Shown here piece after piece: positions 28,283-40,724 of a stretch of DNA of 64,000 bases (position 1 is its first letter; each line of letters opens with the position of its first letter). Under the pieces are notes generated by a model, which was not told the origin of the DNA, ran no database searches, and saw nothing but the letters and a program-made list of their open reading frames with translations. The stretch covers positions 6,215,200 through 6,279,199 of the forward strand of contig OZ199839.1 in NCBI GenBank assembly GCA_964304625.1, read 5' to 3'. This DNA is from Kudoa neothunni. Its lineage: Eukaryota; Animalia; Cnidaria. The position numbers and the translations under genes are program-made.

Positions 28283-29752
28283 GGCGAACATTGCCTATTT
28301 ACGCGCATGAATAACCTTCAACATGAAACAAAGTGAAAACTCATTCGTCATGCACCAAATAAAACGCAGAGGCGATAAAATCTTGTTAAACCATTGTTTT
28401 TATGACAGGAAAAAAATATAGGGATCATCAATTATGGAGATGCGATAAAGGAGGTTGTAAAGGACGCCTGTGGCCTTTTTGGGATGAAAAGATTAATAAA
28501 CTTGAAGAATGTGGAATCCATAATCATGTAATGTTAGAGGAGGATATAAATAAAATCATGTTTGAAAAAAAATTCGTAACGTTTCCGAGAATCAACAATA
28601 CACCACAAGTGATATATATTCCTTCATTACTACTCAAAATATTCGTAAAAGAATACAAATAGATGTTAATATCGAAAAAAACTTGGCAAACGCTAACTCA
28701 CTTAACCTAAGAAACGAAACTTTTTGCTTTCATGATTCTGGGTCTATAGCAGACGATAGAATAATAATTTTTACAACTGATAAGAATATTCAACAACTGA
28801 ATAATACGAATGTATGACTGGCAGGCGGTACGTTTAATGTTGTTCCTGAAGATTTCTCTCAGTTGTATATCATCCATGGCAGAATGATGAGAAAATTCTT
28901 TCTTTAATATTTGTCTTAATGACTGAAAAAACTCAAGCATTATATGAACAAGTTTTAAATATTTTAGAAAATAAGTTTTTTTCTATGTTTCCCCGAGAAA
29001 GTAATTAATCTAGAAAAGTCAGCTTTTAGCTCTTTCAAAAATGTTTCACAAAATACTAATATCTATCTTTGCATTTTTCATTTTAGCCAATGTATTTGGA
29101 GAAAAATACAAAATATAGGTGTCACCGAATTTTATCTACACAACAATGATTTTAAATTGTATATTAAATGTTTTATCTCGTTATCGTTTGTACCATTTTT
29201 AGTATTTCTGACGAATTTCCTAAATTAAAAAATAAGTCAAGTTAGTTCGTTAATATTAATGTATCTCCATTTATAGAATATTTTGAAACAATTTTTATAA
29301 AAACATCCAAATATACTCATGAAACATGGAACAGTTTCTAGAGTATTATCAATAATATTGATCTTACAACGAACTCTGCAGAACTTTTCCATCGTCATTT
29401 TTAGTCTCGATTCGATCAATTTCATTCAGTTCTAACAATTTTTCTGGAAAAATTAAAAGAAATTCAAAGTCTTGTAAAGCAAGATATTAAATATTTAATG
29501 TGTAACCCAGAATATTCCAATAAAACCCCTAGTTATTTAGAAAAACTTTAAAAAATAAAAACAATCTGACAAAATTATACAAAATATTACAGACTACATT
29601 ATTTAGAGGCTACATCTAAAACTAATTCATGAAAGTTAAAATAATTATTTTGTTGCTAGTGAAAATGAGTATTATTTCATATAAAATAATGTATTCCTTA
29701 ACAAAAACACGTTTTTATTTGTTCTTGCGTCATTATCGGCGAACTTTCGCCC
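28283..29752 (+). mobile_element. MULE (Mutator) transposon relic with FLYWCH + MULE transposase pseudogene
   Basis: LWRCDKGGCKGRL...HNH (FLYWCH); FLLHDSG, GTFNVVP..FSQLYIIHG, CIFHFSQCIWRKIQ, TTNSAE.FH (MULE core); degenerate TIRs GGCGAAC... / ...TTCGCC; many stops. Confidence 0.88.
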
Positions 29753-30038
29753 TAGGATTGAATGATGGAGTATTTTTTCGGATGAAGATTATAAGTTTTT
29801 TGTCAGGCATTCTAGAGTGTGAACATTGAAAATGTAATCATTTTGAAACGACTATTTATTTTTTCCATAACTTATGGATTTTTATTTTGAATACTATTGT
29901 TCCTTAGCGAAACACATTGCTCTTGATCAATCAGTTGAATTAAATCAATAGAATACCCCTTCAAATAAATCATTACAGATAATTATCAACAATGATAGAG
30001 ATTATTCATCGTTATTCTTATTATTAAAAACGATATTA

Positions 30039-33000
30039 ATGTCGGGGAAGTGGAGAACTTTCCAATCAATGCATCTTTTATATTTTTCTAGTACTTTTCA
30101 TTATATTTTTATAATGAACAATTTTTAGTTTTCTTTGGAAAATGTGTTTTTACATCGGAAATTGATAATAATATGATAAAATATCATTTTTCGCAAACAT
30201 CAGAAAAATACATTCTTTTTATTTCGGGATACAATATTGAAAATAGTAACAAAAAATGCGGTCTCCAGTTTTACGATAAAGACGAGTCGACGTTAAAAAA
30301 CATTCCTACGTGCACTACGGATATAAAAGGTAACGATGATGTCCAAACTTCGAAAATGTGCATTTACGAGTGCAAAAAAACAGAATTGAAGTTTAGTGGG
30401 GATGAATTTAAAAAAATTAAATATTTAAGATGGTGTCAAGGGAAAAATGACGATGATGTAAAAAAATGCTATACTAAAAGAATTTTTTCATTCGAGGGTA
30501 TTTAAATCTTTATGTATATAAAAACCACTAGATATTATTATAGACATTTCAATAAAAACTATTTTTGGAGTGGAAAAGGCGAATGATGAATTTACAGTTA
30601 AAGTTAAAAGCAAAAACAATATGGGTTTCACTCATAAAGAAAACTCTGATACTGAAATAATTCAAACACCTAACACTTCATTTTACACAGAATCATCGGT
30701 AAAACTTAAATCGAAATCATATAAATCAAAATATATTCTTGAATTTAACGATAAATCTCCCGAAATATATCTCAATCCAAAAAAACCAGCTGAAGATTGG
30801 TTTATTGCATCTGGAATAAAACAAACTACTAATTCCAAACATTATTACACACTACAATTACAGAACCCAGAACCATCAAAGTTGTGCTACTTTGGTATAA
30901 AAGAAATTAACGATTCACACTTTTCGTCCTCTTGCTCAGATATGAATAAAGCGGGACCATGCATACAACCTTGCTATAAAGCAACATTGTTGCATTCAAG
31001 TGATTTTAAATTCGCTCAAGTGCTTGTTAAATCAATCATTCAATCAACTTCAAAAGAATTCATTCAAACTGTGACATGTATTTATTTAATTTCATTATAC
31101 TTTTAATTGACATTGTAGTTGGCAGCAATCAACCTCTCGTTGTCCGTACAATTAATAATAGCGAAGTAACGTTAGATTTATCTAACTTGAATAAAAACGA
31201 AGATGACACTTCAGGGGATGGAGCAGTGATTACAGAAGTAAAAATAATGGAAAAACACTTTGGGATCGAAAAGGTCGGCGATGATGCAATATGTAAAGAA
31301 AGTTGCACCAGTTTCGCTTCAAAAACTATAACAGGACTTTCACCGTTAACTGAATACATTCTAAAAATTAAAATAATAGGCTTAAAAACTTTAGATTCAG
31401 CTGAAGTGAAACATTATCATCGATATTTTTATTTCAAAACCAAAGGTAATACGATATTGAAAGATTTAAATAAATGCTTAATTAGGGAATGAATTTCAAA
31501 ATGGTAAAGAAATCTCAGTATTGCCTAATATGGGTCAGCATACACAACTATCGCTAACTACCACCAATCTTTTTCCAGCGGGGTTTATAAATGACGCCAA
31601 ATGTGAACTGTATTACTTTGAAGATGGAAATGAGCCATCAAAATTCCCTGCTACTTGCGAGAAAAACAATGAAAAATTTTTTTGTTCTGATGCTTGTAAT
31701 AGTCCTTTTACGATTGTAAACCTTAACCCAAAAACAAACTACAAAATCATTGTTTGCTCCGACGGTTTCACTTGTGCTACTAGCTCGACTATTTCCAGTA
31801 TTTTTTTATATAATAACATAATAGTTATTTTATATAGCCAGTGGCATCGTCTTAACTGTAGAAAAACCAGCAGATGATACTGCAGTGAAAATTACTGCTA
31901 TCACGTCCTCAACGTCAGGTTCTTTTGGAGATTTATGGGGATATATTCTTTTGGAGAAAGAATCTAAAAAAAACCATTTTGGACTGTTTAAATAGCGTAT
32001 GTGATCCTGCGGTACAAACATCGGGAATTATCTCACTTGATATTTCATTGAAGACTATTGATGTTGCAATGATATACGAATTAATAATTATTAATAAAGA
32101 TTTCGCAAAACCAGTGAAATTAACAATCACAAGTAACTTAACTAATTTATAACGTAAATTTAATTATTCTAGGAGATATGGAAGTGACAGAGAATGAATT
32201 AACATTAAAGTATTACACAGCATTGAATAAATACAAAGTGAAATTATGGGAAGATATAGTAATTCACTCAAACTTTGTATGTTCGATAAAAAAATTTAAT
32301 TCTCAATTATCTGAATATGAAAATGCTGGCGAAAATAATTCTAAAATTGAGAAAATCTGTGATAGATTTGATGGATTGGAATCGATTATTGATCTTAGTA
32401 GTGAAGACAAACTGAATTATATTTCCGTTAGATATTTTTTTGTTAATTATGGAATACGCGCCACTTCTGACGGAACTAATATGGTGGTCAAGATGAATAA
32501 ATCTTTAGAAGAAATCAAAGATCGCGATTACAAGAAAGATTTCGAGCTTTTTTTAACCAATATAACACCATTTAATCAAATCAATATACATGACATGTAC
32601 TATATAGGAAGAGTCTATTCATCCTACACAGGTAAAACTAAAATGTACACTAAATTTAAGGTTGTTAAGATTATTTCGAGGAGATTCCGCATATAGCAAC
32701 ATTGCATCAAGATCAAATAAAATTACAAACGAAAAAGTGTTCTCTAAACTGCGAAAGATTTAAGGGTGAACATAAAATGAATCATATAATGGAAACTCAA
32801 GATCATCAAGATTGTACTTTGGAAGTTACCCAATCCAATTTGATGAGTTAGTTGAAGATTATTTTATAAGTTGCCCAAAACATGTTGACTTTCATTATTT
32901 TTATGATAATACTTTTGTTAAAAATACTGCACCAATTTTTAGCAGGTTTTATTATGAATTAGCTGTAGATGAAACAAACAATAATCTAACAGTTAAGCTG

Positions 33001-36000
33001 GTTAACGAAGAACCGTTTAATATATGCACATTTGAATGGATAGATGCTACATCGTCATCTCAAAATAGATTTTATTCAAACATTTGTAAGAATAATAAAA
33101 ACTGTGTTTACAGCTTGTGTAGTAATGTTACGTTTGATAATATTCCAGAAGATGTGAAAGCAGTAAAATTGCGTGTTCTCAAATTAGGGATGGAGCCCAC
33201 TATTGGTTATCAAAACAATATTTACATACGTAATTGTTTATATTCAATAAAATATAATTAAGTATTTTAGTGAAACATGGAAATGACGTTCCTGTTCCTA
33301 CATCTGGTGATAAAATTAAAATTGATATCTCTTCAAATAACAAGGATGAAAACGGTGAAGCTATAACTAGTTCAATACAACCAACTTGTTATCTGCAAAT
33401 GTGGAACGCATATGCTCCACTGGTTAAAGAGAATGGAAGAAAAATTGTTGGTAGTCCAGAAAATTGTAACTTTGCGAAAATGGATATACCAGCTAACCCA
33501 ACTGATGTACCCAACGATATTATGGCTGAAATAATCGGTATACCGCATTATTCACTAAGAAAATACTTTTATCATAAAATAAGTATATAATTTAATTATA
33601 ATAAAAGATATTTATATTATACTAGCTCAAAAAATATGTTGTCTAGTGGGTCTATATCAGTTACTGTAACCACTGATGGATTCAAATTTACACCTGATTC
33701 TACAGTTACAACAATCACATGTTCCATTTATGTGAGAGAACATAATAAATTATATTATTATCCTGCAATATGTACAGGAAGTGAATTGTGCGTAAAAAAA
33801 ATGCAATGATGAATTTACCATTGTGGGGTTATACTCTGGTGAAACCTATGATATAAAAGTGGTACCAAGTGGGAATTACAATTCTGTAATTTTGGAAAAT
33901 AAGAAAACAAGTAAAATTATTTATTTAACATCAAATAAATAATAATTAGCTGGCGAAACCATTGACTTTGAAATTTCGACAGAATCTACAAAAAATAATC
34001 TCAGAATAATTTCAAAAACAGGTATTGACGATGCTAGTACTAAAAATTGCTATTATCAGTTTTATGTTCATGAAGGAACAGACAGTAATAAATATAATCT
34101 TATTTATGTAATTATCTCTTAGATTCACCAACTAAAATATTGCAATCATGTGTTGGATGTGCAAATGATAGTGGAGATATTAAAAATTGCGATGATATTC
34201 AGTTCGGATCTTCCTTATATAACAAAAAGTATAACTACAGATTAATGATATACGTAGGTGAAAAATCTCCTCCATTTAAAATGGCGATTCCAGGTATAAT
34301 TTTTATGTAATGTTCTTATATCAAACGTCATATTTGCAGTCAATCTCGACACAACAGATCAGTCAAAATCAATTAATTTTCAAAAAATAATCATTAAAGG
34401 TGATATATCTAGTTTATTCTAATATATTCTCCACCGAGATGACCTAGAAAGTTAACCTAACAATTTTCAATATAAATTATTGCAGTGAGACCAAATGATT
34501 TGTTTGAAATTCTAAAATTGTCAAATTTAGTTTATTTTGATCGATGATAGTTTATTTTGATCGATGATCTTCTATCTAATCACTAATTATTTCCTGATTG
34601 TAAATAAATTTTCAATTGAACTGAGGTATGTTAAGTATTTGATAGAAATATAATATTTAAATTTTAATCAAGAATCACAATTTCAAGAACTTTTTGAGTT
34701 GTGTAATCTAATATATTCATTAACGAAAACTGGGTTTTTTTTAAGCCCTTTTTCCAACAAGTCGTCATTTACCCAGTGAGAGAAAATTTTATTCTTCACC
34801 AATTACAACATTTACTCGAATCATTTGTTAAATTATACAGTTTTTATCGATGGCTACCATCACAAAAATGTTTCTGATCGTTTCTGCTCTGATGGTTTAA
34901 ACACGAGAAGTTTCAGGTCGTAAGAATCTGAATCAGACAAGCTCTCAATATCGTCATGGGAACGATCCATAATTAATTTTTATATAATATAACTAAACAT
35001 AGTCTTTATATGTTTGGAAAAAATATATTCATATATATTAAACTAAAAAGTAAATATAACGATAGAGATTAGTTTAAAATATACAAGTTTTGAAATTAGC
35101 ATGTCAAAGTTCACTGAATTTATCTTTAGGCGATGATTTCGAAAACTTGTTTTTTCATGTAGAGAAAACAATATTTTAATTAATTTAAAATATTAATTAT
35201 ACGATTTATATATTTCTTTCTATTATTAACGTTCATGAAGTTATTATATTAGAGTTTTCATCCCGAGAAATTCAATATCACAATCTCTACATTTCTAATA
35301 TATTTTTTTTCTTTAAATTTTCATTTAAAAAATGCATGAATACTTAAAATATGGCGGTTATTTTAAACCTAAATTGCGTCCATCTGTGTTATGCATATAT
35401 TTTGTCAATTATTGTGTTATTAATATAGATTTGAAGTAATTTTTAATGTTTTAAAACAAAAGATTCTAAATAGTTAGAATATATGTTTAAAGACTAAAAA
35501 GTGCCGAATTTAATTATAAGTTGCGAGTTTGGTTGCAGTAATATCGTTTTTGATCCAGAAATCTTATAATTTATTTTATTAATTGTTCTGGTAGCCTTGT
35601 CTGGATTTGGGAAAACTAACACAGAAATTTGGTCAGCAAAATAATAATGATATTGGAAAACTCTCCGTAACATTGTCAGAATTTCCCAATGGTTATAAAT
35701 GCAATATAAAAATATCCAACTTTGAAGCTAACCATGATTATATCAAACCAACGTGCGCTCAAGATAATGATACTGAGTATTGCTTGGATAGGATGTGAAT
35801 CAGCCGATATCGAGATTTGGATATATAAATTCGAAAATAGATCGTTATATATCAGTTTGCTATAGTGAAACTGACGAGGAAAGCAAAATCTTGTAAAAAT
35901 GTGAACGTATTCGCCATAAACATGGGTAATTAGAATATTTATTCTATTCCTATATCTAATAAATGATATAAATAACATATTATTTAATAAATTTTAATTA

Positions 36001-38212
36001 TTATTTAGGAACAATACAAAAAAAATACTTATCAATTAAATCACGAAGGGAATGAAATCCGATTTACCTACAAAACAACATCAATAACAGGATGGAAGGT
36101 GTATGTGGATGGAAATGAGAATTCCATTAGCCAATCTAAGGAAACTGAATTTAAACGTGAATAATTATTCCGACACTGTTGAAACTAAACCAACTAATCT
36201 CCCGGGTCGATAGATATATAAATTATTATAAAATTGAATCCAGCCCTTTTGTGGCCTGCATTATTTTATTTACACAAACAATACATTCCTTAATAAAACT
36301 ATTACTATAAGATCTCAAATTATTTATTCTGTATCAACTATTGAAAATAACAATAATCAAATTAAATTAAATTTCACTCCAGGCCCCCTATAACGATGAG
36401 AATGTGCCACATTAAAAGTATATGAGGGTGAATGATGATGATGATGATCCCGATAAAATAGACAGTGTATTGAATGCTTGTGGGACTTTGGCGGATGGGT
36501 GCTATCAACTTTGTCAAGATGGTACCATTAATTTATCCAAAAGTTATCAAAAGGTTGGAGTGATTGTAAAACCAAGATTTGGTTCCACTGGATATAAGCA
36601 ATATTTCACAAGTAATGTATAATTACGTTCGTATAATTTATATTTCAATAGGGGGGTGACCTTGGTTTTAATTTGAGCGAAATCACTGAAACTGGCGTCA
36701 CACTTTCCAGACTTAATAATTATAAGAACATTAAAACAGGCATTAATTCCCAAACATGCACCATTAAAATATCAAGAGCCAATACATTATTCACTGAAAC
36801 AAGTGCTATATGTAATAACGGAAACTGCAACAACAGTTGCGATGAGTCATATTCCATTATCGGCCTTTCGGCTGGAACAAATTATTTAGTTTCAGTGACG
36901 ATCACTGATCTTGGTGTGAATGAGCCTTACATCAAAAAAATGATTTTCAGAACAAGTAACTATGAATGAAAACCATTTAAAATACAAAGTTTTAGGTGGT
37001 GGGACGGTATTGACAGATTCAGATATTGGAGAATACAGTGAATGGTGTAACTGCCACATTGACACCATTTACCAATGTGGATTCATCGTTATATGCAGAA
37101 TTCATCTTAAAAAGAAGGGCGCATCGACCCCAAAATTCATGGCTACATGTGAAGGATTAGGGGCTTGTGAGAACAAATGTCACAGTTCGTTCAAGATTAC
37201 AAACTTACAATTCGGGGTAACTTATGGAGTAATCATCGAGCCAACTGATGGTTACAAGGAAAAAAATATTGATATTACCACGCGTAACAAATATATCTGA
37301 ACTATAAAATTAATTACATTGGATTTTAGTTAATATTGTTACGCGTATAAGTTATACGCTGGACGAAGAAAGTGACATGAAAATTGACGTAATCTTTGAA
37401 GGTAAAAATGACAATAATAAATGTCCATTCATGCTGCATGAGAAGACTAAAAGTGGCATTCCAGAGCCCTGCAGTTACCTGGTGTAATGGTGTGAAGAGG
37501 AATGTTCAGCCAATGGATGTAACATTGATGTTAATGGATTATTGAGAGGAGAAGGATTACAGATTAACAGTGAAAGTGAAGGACCATTCAACCTATCAAA
37601 TCCACGATATTCCATGTAAATAAAAATTATTTTAATTAATTGTATATTTTAACCTATAATAATTGTATTTTATGGAATAAAGATTCAAAAATCAAAAAAT
37701 TTATTGGGGTATTTGAAATATAGTTATATATTTTTAATTATGATTTTAGTATAATTAATTTAAAAATGGGGTAAAATTAATAATATGTAGATGAAAAATA
37801 TCTTAGAAGTGAATATACTAATATTGAGATATTTGATATAGTTCCAATACTAATAAGGAAAGTAGAGGAAGGGTATATTAAATTTTACCAAGTTTTTGCT
37901 AATTTTTAATTAATTTAGTAAAATTAATAGAAATACCTGTATTAAATTTGAAATAATATAACATAGATAGCAAAGAAAAAAGCTGAGCGTGGAAGCAGCA
38001 AAAAATAGAAATCCGTAATTTTTGTTGAAAATTTTGGTATTTTTTAATTTTAAATAGGACCGTTCATCAGATACATGTAAAAGTCAATCGTGGATTCATA
38101 TTGAATTATGTTTAGTATATATGTGATGATACCAATTATGCTCCTTTTGTTAGTGGTGATACTATTGGCTATTTTCAGAAGAAAATCTAAAGATCCTGTT
38201 CACTATCTGTAA
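30039..38212 (+). CDS. Large Cys-rich FN3-like type I membrane protein, paralog 1 (most frameshifted; possible pseudogene)
   Basis: Exon 1 MSGKWRTFQSMHLLYFS|IFFGKCVF; ~22 GT-AG introns at positions shared with paralogs 2 and 3; FN3-like motifs ITGLSPLTEY, IVNLNPKTNY, IVGLYSGETY, IIGLSAGTNY, ITNLQFGVTY; TM IYVMIPIMLLLLVVILLAIF; tail RRKSKDPVHYL*. Confidence 0.85.
34320..35554. mobile_element. ~1.2-kb TIR element in an intron of paralog 1
   Basis: Intron 34294-35594 is ~1.3 kb versus ~40 nt in paralogs 2 and 3. Degenerate ~30-bp TIRs: ATCAAACGTCATATTTGCAGTCAATCTCG / CGAGTTTGGTTGCAGTAATATCGTTTTTGAT. Confidence 0.65.
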
Positions 38213-38429
38213 TATGGAAATAAGAAAATATACACTTTTGTCTAACTAAACAATTAATAGTTGTTAGTTTTACCTATTGGTGATTGTCGTCGTTTACGAG
38301 TCACAAATGTTGAGTTGTTTTATAAAATTAAAGCAATATTTTATAATTAATTTAAGCAAAATCGCAATTTTAATTATATTGCTAATGTAAAGATTGTTAG
38401 ATTAATTAAATATTTTTATCGCCAATACA

Positions 38430-38707
38430 CAGTCGAACCTGGATATAGCGATGTTTTGATATTGAACGTCCTATTTATTAATTTTGGAATTATTGAACTT
38501 TATTTTCAAATTTATTCGTTTTTTAAAATTAAAAATATATACAAAGACATTTTAAAAAAATATAAAATTTTATTTGGTCCCTTATAGCGATTGTGAGGTT
38601 CCATCAAATAACGTAGCTTTTTGCTTTTTGAGGTCGGAGACTCGATATGGCGAATTTTTACAATGACCCCATTTCAGCTTATTATTAACGAAAAAACGAG
38701 ATAATAG

Positions 38708-38743
<36 letters not shown>

Positions 38744-39300
38744 AATGACGTAACGCGAGGAAAAGGTACAAATAACAAATAATTTTAATTTTTTATACAT
38801 ATTTTTTCTCAAAGTATATCCACAAGATGGTATGGTCATTCGTAGTTGGATTCCTATACATGCGAATGGATAAAAAATTGAAAAAATTCTCATTTTTTTA
38901 GGATTTAAAGAATTTTTTTTATGGATATTTTAAATGTTTAAAAGCTAAAGTGTATCCTAGGTTTCCAACGCAAAAAATATGTTCCAGTTCATGCCATTAT
39001 GGGAAAAGCCATCCTTACCGCAAGGAATGTTGTCTCATGAATTTTTCTGCAGGTAGAGGATGGCTTCGTTAAGTAAGAAAAGACACGGAAACCGATACAA
39101 TAAACTTCTAACGAGAGATTGGAAGCATCGATACCTCAATATCTGATGAGTGCACTTAAAAGATATTTTTAGATTCCAAAAAAGTACAAAGATGAAATAT
39201 TATTTATGTCGATGAAACAGTTATTTTTATAACAAAACTTATCAAAGACTTTTAATTTTGAAAGATGAAAAGAATGTTCCCCGGAAAAAATCAATTCAAA
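38430..39300 (+). mobile_element. pogo/Tigger relic
   Basis: Terminus CAGTCGAACCTGGATATA (same as at 49351); degenerate GWL..RHG and YVDET motifs; interrupted by a Helitron. Confidence 0.65.
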
Positions 39301-39303
39301 GAA

Positions 39304-40310
39304 TCTATCTTCTACCTACTATATATATAAAGCTGAAGCGTCCGTATGTATGTCAGCAGGTACGCATGTACGTCAAAAATATATCCGTATAGAGCGATAC
39401 TTATGAATTTTTTTTAATTAAAAAGTTTCAAAAAATCTTTAAATCGTCTTCACACTAACATGTGTTCCCTAAAATGTTTAGAAAATGGTGATTTTATCGA
39501 TTCAAAATTTATTTATCGGATTACCTTAGTTCAACAATTGGATTAACACCGGCTCATGACCTGCTGATGGTCGGTTGAAGTCAACCTTCTTCCTTGTACG
39601 CTTTATCACATTTAAATAAGTGATATCATCTGACTTTGTATATAAATTTTGTGTGTACATTTATTTGTTCGTGCAGGTACACCCCCTTTGTCGGGAGTTT
39701 ACGTATTTTACTTGATTAACACATTTTGAAGTTTCTATTAATGGTTTAAGATATGATAAAAATCTATATATGTTTCATGGAATGACGAATTGGTTGAGAA
39801 CGTTTAAAAATCATATTGATTGAAGCGTTTATAATGGAAATACTGCGTCCGTAGATTTCATTGAAATCGTCCGCTAAGTTTACCTTTCCGTGATTAAATT
39901 TAATGCAGATGGTTGTACTTTTATTTCACCTTATCATTTAAATTGTTTATATTGAAGTTGACGCGATTTGTGTCAGTGTATGGGAAAACGCGCGTTAAGC
40001 TCATGCTGGGGCCAAGGGATATTAATTTGAATAATAAAAATTAATTTTCGTCTATTTTTCTTTCATGTCTATATCTTTTTTCTATTTATTTGTCTCCCGA
40101 AAACAGTGGTGCACACAGTTCCGAGCCGGGCCAAAAAATAACATTTAGGATAACATTTTAAGGGGATTTAAATTTCGCTAATCCAAATAGTTGAAAGTTT
40201 GTTACTTAAAATTTTTTTTGTTATTTTTTCATCTATTGATTAATTTGAATGTTATTCAGAAATTTCTCTATGCGAAATCTCCCCCAGCAACGCTGGAAAG
40301 TTCCCGCTAG
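39304..40310 (+). mobile_element. Non-autonomous Helitron
   Basis: 5' TCTA...CTACTATATATATAAAGC...CCGTATGTATGTC; 3' hairpin CCAGC-AAC-GCTGG ~10 nt before the terminal CTAG, followed by T. Confidence 0.8.
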
Positions 40311-40724
40311 TTTGTAATAAAATTAATGTAAATTGTCGGTTGAGCATGCGCATAATGAAACCAAAAAATACACTCAGTAACAAAATTGATACATCATTTA
40401 AGATCTCATTTAATATGTAGAAAATATATTGCCTAATTGTAAAATAATATTTCTCGTGATATTTTAATAGATAAAATTTTTAATTAAATATAAATTTAGA
40501 AAACATGAGTCCGCATATTAAATAACAATAAAAATATCACCACATAATAGTTTATTTATAGTGTTTATTGTATTAAACTTACGAATATAATAATTATTTA
40601 ATAGAAAACTAGGTATTTAATTCTTCCGACTTAATTAAATCAATAGGTTTTTCGTTCTTAAATAACAATATAAATCCATATTCATATATAGAAATAGTAT
40701 AAGACGTCGTCATCATCCCCAAAA

